Source: Clostridiales bacterium (GTDB taxonomy: Bacteria; Bacillota; Clostridia; Saccharofermentanales; Saccharofermentanaceae). From it: a stretch of DNA of 64,000 bases. Shown here piece by piece: positions 19,552 through 28,050 of this stretch. The notes below the pieces were generated by a model. It saw nothing but the letters and a program-made list of their open reading frames with translations, did no database searches and was not told the origin of the DNA. Numbering within the stretch: the first letter of the stretch is position 1; every line of letters begins with the position of its first letter. The position numbers and the translations under genes are program-made. The DNA lies in assembly GCA_017513085.1 (NCBI GenBank), contig JAFWDK010000016.1, forward strand, positions 32,001-96,000, in the 5' to 3' direction.

Positions 19552-20016
19552 ATGTTCACAGATGCACTTTATGTGTTCCTTATATCCATGATCCCGATCG
19601 TCGAGCTGCGTGCCAGTATCCCTGCAGGCGCGGCACTTGGTCTTCCGTGGTATATCACGATCTCGGTCGCGATCATCGGTAACCTGCTTCCGGTCCCGTT
19701 CATCCTTCTCTTTGTTAAGAAGGTTTTTGACTGGATGAGAAAGTATCCGAAACTCAAGAAGATCGTTGATTTCTGTGAAAATAAATTCGCCAAAAAGGTC
19801 GCCAAAGCCGGTAATACAGCATTCTGGACACTGGTCGGTTTCATCGCGATTCCGTTGCCCGGCACCGGTGCATGGACCGGAAGCGGCATTGCCGCAATCT
19901 GCGAAGTTCCTTTTAAGAAAGGCGTCCTCGCAGCCATCATCGGAGTTGTCATTGCCGCTGTCGTCGTCACTTTGATCGCATATGGTGCGCTGGCCGGACT
20001 GAGCTTCCTGCTGTAA
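19552..20016 (+). CDS. Small multidrug export family membrane protein (COG2426-like)
   Basis: SMIPIVELRASIP and IPLPGTGAWTG motifs. Confidence 0.85.
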   Translation: MFTDALYVFLISMIPIVELRASIPAGAALGLPWYITISVAIIGNLLPVPFILLFVKKVFDWMRKYPKLKKIVDFCENKFAKKVAKAGNTAFWTLVGFIAIPLPGTGAWTGSGIAAICEVPFKKGVLAAIIGVVIAAVVVTLIAYGALAGLSFLL

Positions 20017-20043
20017 TCATTTCTTCAAACCTTAAATCTGTAT

Positions 20044-20084
20044 AAACCTCGATGATGCTTTGTTTTCTGCATCTTCGAGGTTTT
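20044..20084 (+). terminator. Intrinsic terminator
   Basis: AAACCTCGA...TCGAGGTTTT stem. Confidence 0.6.
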
Positions 20085-20128
20085 AATCATTTTGGATGTG
20101 GTAAAATATTACTGTACATATGCAATAA

Positions 20129-21400
20129 GTGGAGATTATTATGATGCAAAAAAGTCGAAGCTGTTCAATTTTACTTACATCGATACTACTGGTTTCTCTG
20201 GTGGGTTGTAATAATCAAACCAGTTCTACCAACCGCAGTTTTGAAAGTAGTGTTATCGTGTCTGGCGATAGCACTACTATTTCTGTATCAGGAACATCAA
20301 CACAAACTACAAAACAAACATTTGAAAATACTGACCTGAACTTATCTGTCAGTGACAACCTTCTGGTCGTTGATCATGGAAAAGACAAGGCAAGTGCTTA
20401 TAAAGTGAATTGCTACTTTCGTCCGGAAAGATGGGAAGGCAATGACACTTGGAAGAAAAGCTGGATAAGTACAAGCTGGTGTTATGGACACACTTTCAGT
20501 TCTAAACTGGAAGAAATACCCAAAGACGCATCAGAATTAGACGGCTGGGTCAATTCGTGTAATACGATATCCTTTTATCAGGCTTCAAAAAATATCTTGA
20601 ACATCGGATCGACTCCTGTTGGAGAGATTCCAGGGATTTCGGATATTCCTTCCGACGTTGTTGATCTTCCTACTAAAAGCGAACTGATCGTCTATAGGCT
20701 AAACCTCGAAACGTATCCTTGGGAACTTGAGTTAAGTGCGAATAAATCCTTCAAAACCTCTCACGCTGATATGTATCATATCTGTTCTTTTGTAGATGAA
20801 ATTCCTTGTGGGATTACGGCTTTCTCTTCTTCGGGCGCTATGGGGCTTGGGGTCACCTCATCTGAATTTCCAACCTATGAATGGCCGGGTGTGATGAAAC
20901 CAGCATCTTGTATGTGGCCGGATGGTCAACAGCAGTATACTAATGGCGATACAATTATTGAAGTAGATGATATTCGGTACAAGATCAAGGAAACTATTGT
21001 GGATCAAGGTGATATTCTCTCTGCTCAGGACTGTCTGAAAGAAGTTTCCAATGCAATCCAATATGACATGACATACTTTACCGATAAGAATATTGAAGTC
21101 TATTCAGCAGAACTACGCTATATGCTTCTTCGTGAGCATCCAAGGGTTGAGACGACCTTTAATGGAAAGCGCTGGGTCTGGAACGACGAGGAAGAGTTCT
21201 TCCTGATTCCTGTTTGGGAATATTCCATGATTGTCTGGGGAAACGATTCGATTCAGCAAAACACGAATCAATTGCTCGAACAGAAGTCATATCGTTATAC
21301 AGTCTATATTAATGCATTAACCGGTAAATCCATGTATTCTGACACACATGGTCCTGCAGATCCGGAATACCATCCTTTCCTGTATGACCACGAGATATAA
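20129..21400 (+). CDS. Hypothetical lipoprotein with PepSY-like C-terminus
   Basis: Lipobox LVGC, Ser/Thr linker, C-terminal LIPVWEY...YINALTGK. Confidence 0.65.
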   Translation: MEIIMMQKSRSCSILLTSILLVSLVGCNNQTSSTNRSFESSVIVSGDSTTISVSGTSTQTTKQTFENTDLNLSVSDNLLVVDHGKDKASAYKVNCYFRPERWEGNDTWKKSWISTSWCYGHTFSSKLEEIPKDASELDGWVNSCNTISFYQASKNILNIGSTPVGEIPGISDIPSDVVDLPTKSELIVYRLNLETYPWELELSANKSFKTSHADMYHICSFVDEIPCGITAFSSSGAMGLGVTSSEFPTYEWPGVMKPASCMWPDGQQQYTNGDTIIEVDDIRYKIKETIVDQGDILSAQDCLKEVSNAIQYDMTYFTDKNIEVYSAELRYMLLREHPRVETTFNGKRWVWNDEEEFFLIPVWEYSMIVWGNDSIQQNTNQLLEQKSYRYTVYINALTGKSMYSDTHGPADPEYHPFLYDHEI

Positions 21401-21412
21401 GAGAGATCGTTT

Positions 21413-23650
21413 ATGAAGAAGATTTGGAAATCAATATTACTCTTTCTTTTATCAATGACAATGATTCTTCCGATGTGTACTTCTTGTAAGAAAGAACAGT
21501 CGCAGTCTGTGGAGAGCAAGGGCGGCTACAACAATGCTTTTTTTGAAATCCCGGTAAAAGACGGCTTCGAGACAAAACTCGAGACAGTTCTTTTTGATGA
21601 TGGGGCTTTCTCTATCGTCACTCTATATACAAGTCTGGATAGAGAGAATAAAACCCCGGAACAGTACACGGATATATACAGAGTAGACGAGAAGGGGAAG
21701 TTACTCTCAACACTAGAAATTACCGGTGCTCAAGTTCCATCTGCCATAATCGGGAACACTTTTGCATTCATAGGGTATAAATTGGACGATTCTGGAGCAA
21801 CCGGCGGCGTTGCTAATCATTCTTCCCGTCAACAGGCGATAGTTTTTTTAGACAAGAACAGTGGCGACTTCGTTCGGGATATTCCTTTGGATTATCAGGC
21901 AGACAGAATTGCAAGCATTTCAGATGGCTTTATTGTGGTTGGCGGAGGAAAACTGAATCGTTATACGACAGATGGTACATTACTAAACACAGTAGAAATT
22001 TCTTTTTCTTGTTGTTTGGATGGCGTTCCGGTCTTTGAGGAAAATGGAAAATACTTTGTTGTGGAGGAAACAGCCGATTTGGAATATAACTACTACGAAG
22101 TGGACTTTTCTACTGGCTCTGTCAGAAAAGTGATTTCCGGAAATGATGCAGGATTGAATAATGCGCGAACCATCTCTGGCAACAGGTATTTTACATCCAA
22201 TGGAGAATATCGTGTAGATTGCACTAATCGTCAGGTATTGAGACTTGCCGACTGGAATAAAGTAGATATCCGGCCGGAAAAGAGAATGCTCTATATGCAG
22301 CCTGTGTATTATGCGATAGATGATGATCATTTTGCCAGACGGTATATGTATGGTGATGGAACCATAGAATTACTTCTTTTCTCTTATGATCCCGAGAGAA
22401 AAATCTATGCCCGAGAAAAAATAGTATTGGGCGGTTTTGGAATCTATGATGATCTGCCGCTCGGGTGGGCTATCTATGAGTTTAATACGAACAACAAAAA
22501 ATACAAAATTGATATAGATGATTATACCGGGCGTTTTATGAATGATTCCGGAATGGATGTCAGACAGGAACTGCTTCGTCTCATGAAATACTTTCAAGAA
22601 GGACATACCCCGGATATTTTCTATGGAAACAGTTTTGATTACGAGTATTGGGGACGCAATGGCATGGTGCTCGACTTGATTCCTTTCATTGAGAAAGATT
22701 CTTCATTCTCCCTGGATATCCTTTCAGAAGCAGGAAAACGCTTATTTCTCGATCAGGATGGTCATTGTTATCAGGTTTTTTCCTCTTACCGTTTGGATGG
22801 GTATTTCGGGTTAAAAAGTGTTTTTGATACCATGGAAGATATGAGTTTCGCTGGCTTGGTTCAGTATTCGCAGGATCACGAGATGCTCTTTAATGGAACA
22901 GATGACGCAATCGATCTGGTATCAGGCGTTATTGGACGTAATTACATCGACTTGTTCCCTCCGGTTGAAAATTCAACAGCAATTACGTTGAGTGAACTTG
23001 CCACAGTAATTCGTTGTGCAACTACGATCGGTTCATATCCATATAGATTCGAACCATCTATGGCGGCCGATGTAAAAAACCGGACTGCGCTTCTTTACGG
23101 TACCAATATAGGTGAATTCGAAACATTTGAAAGTATGGAAAAAACTGTAGGAGAGAGAATGGTGTATGTCGGAATTCCTTCGGTAAAGGATTCTCTACGG
23201 GTTGCAGAAGCAGGAGGAATTGTTGCTGTTTCCTCTTCTTCTAAGAACCCGGATATATGTTGGGATTTTATCAAGTATATGTTTTCCGAAGACGTTCAGA
23301 AGACAGTAGCTTTGAACCAGTCCATTCCTGTCCGTCAGGACGTGATCGACACCCTTACCGAGGCATTTCTGCATCCTGAAAAAATAAGCGACAGTTCCGT
23401 GAAGAGTTTGGTGAAAGGATTCTACCGGACAGAAAAAGCAGGCGGTACAGTTTCTGCTGAACAATGGATCGTAGACGATTATCTGGCAGCAATCAATTCT
23501 CCAAACAGGCTGAAAACTTACGACTGGGGTCTATACTCCATAATACGGGACGAAGTGAATTCCTACTATTCTCAGAACAGAAGCCCAGAGCAGATCGCGG
23601 ACACCTTGTTTAGCAGGATCAAGTTATATGTTGAAGAAAACTACGGTTGA
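21413..23650 (+). CDS. Large ABC solute-binding lipoprotein (paralogue of 9007..11427)
   Basis: Lipobox CTSC, TPDIF, LDLIPFIEKD, CWDFIKYM, RSPEQIAD...RIKLY. Confidence 0.8.
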   Translation: MKKIWKSILLFLLSMTMILPMCTSCKKEQSQSVESKGGYNNAFFEIPVKDGFETKLETVLFDDGAFSIVTLYTSLDRENKTPEQYTDIYRVDEKGKLLSTLEITGAQVPSAIIGNTFAFIGYKLDDSGATGGVANHSSRQQAIVFLDKNSGDFVRDIPLDYQADRIASISDGFIVVGGGKLNRYTTDGTLLNTVEISFSCCLDGVPVFEENGKYFVVEETADLEYNYYEVDFSTGSVRKVISGNDAGLNNARTISGNRYFTSNGEYRVDCTNRQVLRLADWNKVDIRPEKRMLYMQPVYYAIDDDHFARRYMYGDGTIELLLFSYDPERKIYAREKIVLGGFGIYDDLPLGWAIYEFNTNNKKYKIDIDDYTGRFMNDSGMDVRQELLRLMKYFQEGHTPDIFYGNSFDYEYWGRNGMVLDLIPFIEKDSSFSLDILSEAGKRLFLDQDGHCYQVFSSYRLDGYFGLKSVFDTMEDMSFAGLVQYSQDHEMLFNGTDDAIDLVSGVIGRNYIDLFPPVENSTAITLSELATVIRCATTIGSYPYRFEPSMAADVKNRTALLYGTNIGEFETFESMEKTVGERMVYVGIPSVKDSLRVAEAGGIVAVSSSSKNPDICWDFIKYMFSEDVQKTVALNQSIPVRQDVIDTLTEAFLHPEKISDSSVKSLVKGFYRTEKAGGTVSAEQWIVDDYLAAINSPNRLKTYDWGLYSIIRDEVNSYYSQNRSPEQIADTLFSRIKLYVEENYG

Positions 23651-23768
23651 TCCTCACTAGTTCTTCCAGTAAAGCCACTCTTTTTCACCAAGATCCGCAT
23701 AAAAAAACAAGTCTTTCTGATATCTTTCAGGACCTGTTTCAAAAGTACACAACAAAACCATTTTCAGT

Positions 23769-23801
23769 CACTGGAAAATCGTTGTTTTTCCAGTGCTTTT
23801 T
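23769..23801 (+). terminator. Intrinsic terminator
   Basis: CACTGGAAAA/TTTTCCAGTG stem followed by CTTTTT. Confidence 0.7.
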
Positions 23802-23959
23802 GATGCGTCATCGCGATTCGTTGGTGATATAATGCGAAACTGTGCGAAAAGAACTCAATTAAGTTTCTTCTGCACAGAAATGACAGATATAAACACCGCC
23901 GCTTTTGCAAAGGCGCTAATTGCGGCAAAGAGATGGACTTTTGGGGGAGATGACGAATT

Positions 23960-25216
23960 ATGAATAACATGCTCATGAGCCTGGCTTTAGTACTTCTTAT
24001 CGGATTCTGCATCAGCGGGATCTTTAAGAAGCTGCATATTCCGTCCCTTTTGGGACTTATCATTACAGGTATCGTGCTCGGTCCGTCCGTCCTGAATCTT
24101 CTCGATCCGAAGATCCTGTCGATCTCTTCCGAGCTTCGTGAGATCGCTCTGATCGTTATTCTTTTCCGCGCAGGTCTGAGTCTGGATATCAGTGACATGA
24201 AGAAGATCGGACGTCCGGCGATCATGCTGTGCTTCGTGCCGGCTACATTTGAAATCATCGGTGCTATCGTCCTTGGTCCTGCATGTCTCGGTCTTTCCCG
24301 TGTGGATTCTGCCATTGTTGGCGCCATGCTGGCTGCTGCTTCCCCGGCGATCATTGTGCCGAAGATGCTGTGGCTCATGGAAGAGGGCTATGGTACGGAC
24401 AAGCATATCCCTCAACTCATCATGGCCGGCGCTTCCGCCGACGATATCTACGCCATCGTACTCTTCACCGCCTTCATCGGCATGAGCAAGGGTGACGGCA
24501 TCTCCGCCTGGACCATCGTATCGATCCCGATCTCCATCGTGACCGGTCTTGCTGTCGGTATCGTGTTCGGCATCATCATCTCACAGATCTTCAAGATGAT
24601 CCATCTTCGTGACACAGTAAAGATCCTCCTTCTCTTCGGTCTGTCTTTCCTGTTTGTCGGATGCGAATCCTTTATTTCGAAATACGTCCCCTTCTCAGGA
24701 CTTCTGGCCGTCATGGCTCTGGGCGGAGCGATCCTGAACCGCCGTGCGACCGTGGCCAAGCGTCTCTCCGTCAAGATTTCCAAGATCTGGGTCGGTGCCG
24801 AACTTTTGCTGTTCGTCATGCTGGGGTCTGCCGTTGAGATCAAGGCTCTGCTCTCTGCAGGTCTGGGTTCTGTCCTTCTGATCTTAGGCGCGCTTTTGTT
24901 CCGTTCGGTCGGCGTCATCGTCAGTCTTCTTGGTTCCGGTCTCACCTGGAAAGAGATCCTCTATTGTGACGTCGCCTATTTCCCGAAAGCAACCGTTCAG
25001 GCAGCCGTTGGTGCGATTCCTCTGGCGCAGGGTCTTCTCTGCGGTATGATGGTCCTGACCACCGCTGTTTTGTCCATTCTCATTACCGCACCGCTCGGCG
25101 CGATCCTTATGGATCTGACCGTCAAAAAATGTCTCAAGCGGAGCAAGAACCCACGAGAGCTTTCGAGCCGGAATCCCGGACTCAATCTCCCCCCGGAAGA
25201 AAAAAGTTCAATGTGA
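23960..25216 (+). CDS. Cation:proton antiporter (CPA family)
   Basis: About 13 TM, LREIALIVILFRAGL, SPAIIVP, SADD, PKATVQAA, ILITAPLG. Confidence 0.9.
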   Translation: MNNMLMSLALVLLIGFCISGIFKKLHIPSLLGLIITGIVLGPSVLNLLDPKILSISSELREIALIVILFRAGLSLDISDMKKIGRPAIMLCFVPATFEIIGAIVLGPACLGLSRVDSAIVGAMLAAASPAIIVPKMLWLMEEGYGTDKHIPQLIMAGASADDIYAIVLFTAFIGMSKGDGISAWTIVSIPISIVTGLAVGIVFGIIISQIFKMIHLRDTVKILLLFGLSFLFVGCESFISKYVPFSGLLAVMALGGAILNRRATVAKRLSVKISKIWVGAELLLFVMLGSAVEIKALLSAGLGSVLLILGALLFRSVGVIVSLLGSGLTWKEILYCDVAYFPKATVQAAVGAIPLAQGLLCGMMVLTTAVLSILITAPLGAILMDLTVKKCLKRSKNPRELSSRNPGLNLPPEEKSSM

Positions 25217-25241
25217 TAATTCTTGGCTAATGTAAAAACTG

Positions 25242-25275
25242 ATGGGGAGACACGAAAAATGTTGTGTCTCCCCAT
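25242..25275. terminator. Hairpin between convergent antiporter and immunity genes
   Basis: ATGGGGAGACAC/GTGTCTCCCCAT 12-bp stem. Confidence 0.7.
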
Positions 25276-25283
25276 TTACATTC

Positions 25284-25619
25284 TTAGTCTTCAATTACAC
25301 CCTCAGCTGATTCTATAAACGACCAAATGTTATATTTCTCTGTCTCCTCCGGGTATTTTTCTGCAAGCCTTTTGATCGCATCTATGAAAGCAGGACTCTG
25401 AGATATTTTTGCAATATCATCAAAAACTTCGCTTAGCCATGAGAACTGATCGGCAGTACAATCATTATCAAGAAACTCAACAGACTGGTTAATGTCTTCA
25501 GTAAACAACGCAATCAGTTTCTTATGGTTCTGGTCTATTCCCTCTTCCCACTCATCTTGTCCTTCAATCCAAAGGTGTTCACGTTCTTCAATTATAGGTA
25601 TTATCTTTTCTTTAATCAT
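25284..25619 (-). CDS. Putative immunity protein for the adjacent EndoU toxin
   Basis: Small acidic helical protein (FL..DCTADQFSWLSEVFDDI...KYP); start overlaps toxin stop. Confidence 0.7.
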   Translation of the reverse strand: MIKEKIIPIIEEREHLWIEGQDEWEEGIDQNHKKLIALFTEDINQSVEFLDNDCTADQFSWLSEVFDDIAKISQSPAFIDAIKRLAEKYPEETEKYNIWSFIESAEGVIED

Positions 25620-26122
25620 TTTTTCTTCCTCCGTAAAACCGAACTCTGGTCACTGTCTGGAAAGACAGTGGCTATTTTTCCATGTGTTTTTATAACGCCA
25701 ACTCGAACTCCTTTATATACACCCCACATTGTTACTCCATCAGGGGATCGTCGATTCTGTCGTAACCCTGCAACATGTTCGCCGGCACGTCGAATATCCC
25801 TATTGGTCCATTCCTTTGGAAACCAAGCTTGTCCTATGCCAGAACGTTTCTGCTTATTGGCATGATCTGGAATATAGCCGACTCGGACACCATTAGTATA
25901 TGTCTTAACTATATGGTATTCAATTTTGTATTTGTCAAGTAATTCCATGCCATACTGACTATGTCCTCCGCTAGCCAGTCGAATTTTCTTGCTCGTTTTG
26001 CCGTCCTTCTTAATCATTCTCCATTTGAAAGTTCCCTCACTGGAATGTACTAAAGCAAAATCACTTACGCTTCTACCTGAACCTTTTGTGTTCAAGTATC
26101 TGCCACTTTTACTCGTCCCCAT
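25616..26122 (-). CDS. Bacterial EndoU-type ribonuclease toxin (168 aa, no carrier domain)
   Basis: LVH..EG, SGGH, NGVR.G, QAWFPKEW, G.YKGV.V, TVFP. True start MGTSKSGRY at 26122 after GAGGTGA SD. Confidence 0.8.
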   Translation of the reverse strand: MGTSKSGRYLNTKGSGRSVSDFALVHSSEGTFKWRMIKKDGKTSKKIRLASGGHSQYGMELLDKYKIEYHIVKTYTNGVRVGYIPDHANKQKRSGIGQAWFPKEWTNRDIRRAGEHVAGLRQNRRSPDGVTMWGVYKGVRVGVIKTHGKIATVFPDSDQSSVLRRKKK

Positions 26123-26786
26123 GTTTATCACCTCGCTTATATGAAATCCAGTCCGGCAAAACATGAAAATTCGTGTATTTTCCGTATTCCTGAATATACT
26201 TTTTGTTAAAAGCTCCATACACCACAACATCCGTTGGTGACAGATAATCAAACATGGCTTCAAGAAATGCAGATAGATGATACTTATCCTCTTTCTTCTG
26301 ACAACAGCCATACGTTCCGATAGAAACATTACTTTTCTTCGGAATCCCTGCAAAAGATGGTGGAATATCAAAAAACATATTGGTATAAGTTCGTTCATCA
26401 CCCCAGCGAACGTTGGGAATCACATATTTCCCTTGTTGTTGCTCATAGTAACCAACAGAACGGCTAACTCCTATATTGGCCAATTGCTCCCATAACGGCA
26501 TATCACGATAAAGTGAACAGTCAGGAGTTGACATCATTTTGACCTTTGAAAGAAGTGAGTCATAGCTTTGAGGAACAGATACAAAATTCCTAAATATTGG
26601 ATCCTGTTCATAAAAAACAAGCATATCCAACGGATCAGAGATCTGCTCGATTTTCGAAAAAGGTACTGCCCTCTTTGGAATGATTATCTCTTTTGGAGCC
26701 TCTAAGACAGGAATCTCAAGAAGAGATTCAAAATACGCTGTTTCAATGAGTTTTGAATTAAACCCATCATAAAATAGACTATTCAT
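26109..26786 (-). CDS. DUF4417 domain protein
   Basis: FYE.D, TPDCSLYRDMP..EQ..N, G.YVIPNVRW, F.GIP, IGTYGC, L.P..VVVYG pattern. Confidence 0.8.
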   Translation of the reverse strand: MNSLFYDGFNSKLIETAYFESLLEIPVLEAPKEIIIPKRAVPFSKIEQISDPLDMLVFYEQDPIFRNFVSVPQSYDSLLSKVKMMSTPDCSLYRDMPLWEQLANIGVSRSVGYYEQQQGKYVIPNVRWGDERTYTNMFFDIPPSFAGIPKKSNVSIGTYGCCQKKEDKYHLSAFLEAMFDYLSPTDVVVYGAFNKKYIQEYGKYTNFHVLPDWISYKRGDKHGDE

Positions 26787-26852
26787 AAATAGCCCTCCTT
26801 TCTCCGATGCTTAATCGGAATGTTTATTTATTTCGAAAAACAACAAAGAAAG

Positions 26853-26972
26853 GCAAATATGATGTATAATTGTTCTGTAGGTATGTGTTATACATGCATA
26901 TTTGCTAAACACATTGATTGTTGTTGCCGCAACAAATCAGTGTGTTTTTCTTTGTGATGTCAACACGATCAA
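26853..26972. promoter_or_regulatory. Structured intergenic leader: two hairpins and an 11-codon upstream ORF
   Basis: GCAAATATG-ATGTATAA/TTATACAT-G-CATATTTGC; AAACACATTGATT/AATCAGTGTGTTT; minus-strand GGAGGTGG then TTG ORF MIVLTSQRKTH* (26972..26937). Confidence 0.55.
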
Positions 26973-26995
26973 TTTGACCACCTCCCGATAATCGT

Positions 26996-27568
26996 TTATT
27001 GAGCACGTTGATAAACGTGATACTCTTCTGGTGCCAGAAGTTTGATAAGTGGTAGTTCATAATCAAACAACTTCGAACCATACCACTTCATCCTGTTTTT
27101 AATATTCGAAGATGCATAAGAAGCCGCAGCAGGACTGACTTTGCAGTGGATAGCAATATCGTTTGGCTCCACTATACCTTTGACAATTAAATAGGGTACA
27201 GGACACAAAAAGTATCTTGCAAAATAGTCCGCGAGATCATCCGAGTCTAAATCCTCTTCATTTTCGTTATCGACATAATGCTTTAATTCATGTGCAATCG
27301 TAAAACGCATCTCTTCTTTCGTAATTCCAAGATCGTTATAGTAAATCCTAGCTTCGCGTTCACAAGTGCCTCTAACAAAGAAACCTTTGCTTGATCTTTT
27401 GTTCAAAAGATCTACCTCATCATCTGTATATTTAGAATATGGAACAAGAGATACACCTAATTTGATACAAATCTTTTTCAACTTCAAAGGAAAAGATATA
27501 ATATCGTAGTCTATATATATTTGGATAATCTCTTTTGCTACCTCATCATATTCTGGTCCACTTCTCAT
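26996..27568 (-). CDS. ImmA/IrrE family zinc metallopeptidase
   Basis: IYYND...RFTIAHELKH (HExxH), ADYFA..FLCP. Confidence 0.88.
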   Translation of the reverse strand: MRSGPEYDEVAKEIIQIYIDYDIISFPLKLKKICIKLGVSLVPYSKYTDDEVDLLNKRSSKGFFVRGTCEREARIYYNDLGITKEEMRFTIAHELKHYVDNENEEDLDSDDLADYFARYFLCPVPYLIVKGIVEPNDIAIHCKVSPAAASYASSNIKNRMKWYGSKLFDYELPLIKLLAPEEYHVYQRAQ

Positions 27569-27882
27569 TTATTTTCTCCTTTCCCAAGAAGAAGCCGAAT
27601 AAGTTCATTCTTTTCCTCTGGAGACAATTCATTTCCTTTTCTTGCAATTGCAGTCGCAATCGCTTCAAAAGGAGTTTCACTTTTCTGATCATCTTCAAGA
27701 AAGAAATCTGGAGAAACATCAAGTGCCTTAGCAATATTAACGATAATATCCATGCGAGGGCTCTTATCTCCTGCCAGATAACGAGAAATAGAACTCTCAG
27801 TTATTCTGCTAAGAGATGCTAATTGTTTCTGATTAATTCCTTTAGATTTCATTAATGCTTTCACCTTTTCGTTCCATTCCAT
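27565..27882 (-). CDS. XRE-family HTH transcriptional regulator
   Basis: INQKQLA...ITESSISRY...P...IAKALDVSPDFF; GGAGG SD before MEWNEK; stop overlaps ImmA start. Confidence 0.9.
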   Translation of the reverse strand: MEWNEKVKALMKSKGINQKQLASLSRITESSISRYLAGDKSPRMDIIVNIAKALDVSPDFFLEDDQKSETPFEAIATAIARKGNELSPEEKNELIRLLLGKGENK

Positions 27883-27927
27883 ACAATCCCTCCGTTGCAC
27901 AACTCATAGTTCTTCTAGGTCAACATC

Positions 27928-27970
27928 ATTATAATTGCAAATTTGCAATTATGTAATTGCTTTTGCAATT
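27928..27970 (-). promoter_or_regulatory. Island promoter (-10 TATAAT) overlapped by two AATTGC...GCAATT palindromic operators
   Basis: Perfect 22-bp palindrome ATAATTGCAAATTTGCAATTAT (27931-27952) and AATTGCTTTTGCAATT (27955-27970). Confidence 0.7.
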
Positions 27971-28050
27971 TCTTTTTTGTTGACGTATTTCAATAATCCG
28001 CCTAAACTATGTATGCATTATTGAAAAACACTTGTAAGTGGAGGCTTCTC

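Noticed and set aside
23890-23930. Fluoride or c-di-AMP riboswitch before the antiporter
   Set aside because: GCTAAT is present but the GGnGAUGGnGUUCnCC 5' element and the ydaO GCUGAA/GGAAC cores are absent.
26123-26401. 261-aa version of the EndoU ORF
   Set aside because: The extension overlaps DUF4417 in another frame and is not protein-like; a strong SD precedes the ATG at 26122.
25217-28000. Prophage, ICE or IS identity for the toxin island
   Set aside because: No recombinase, transposase, structural gene or flanking direct repeat is visible.
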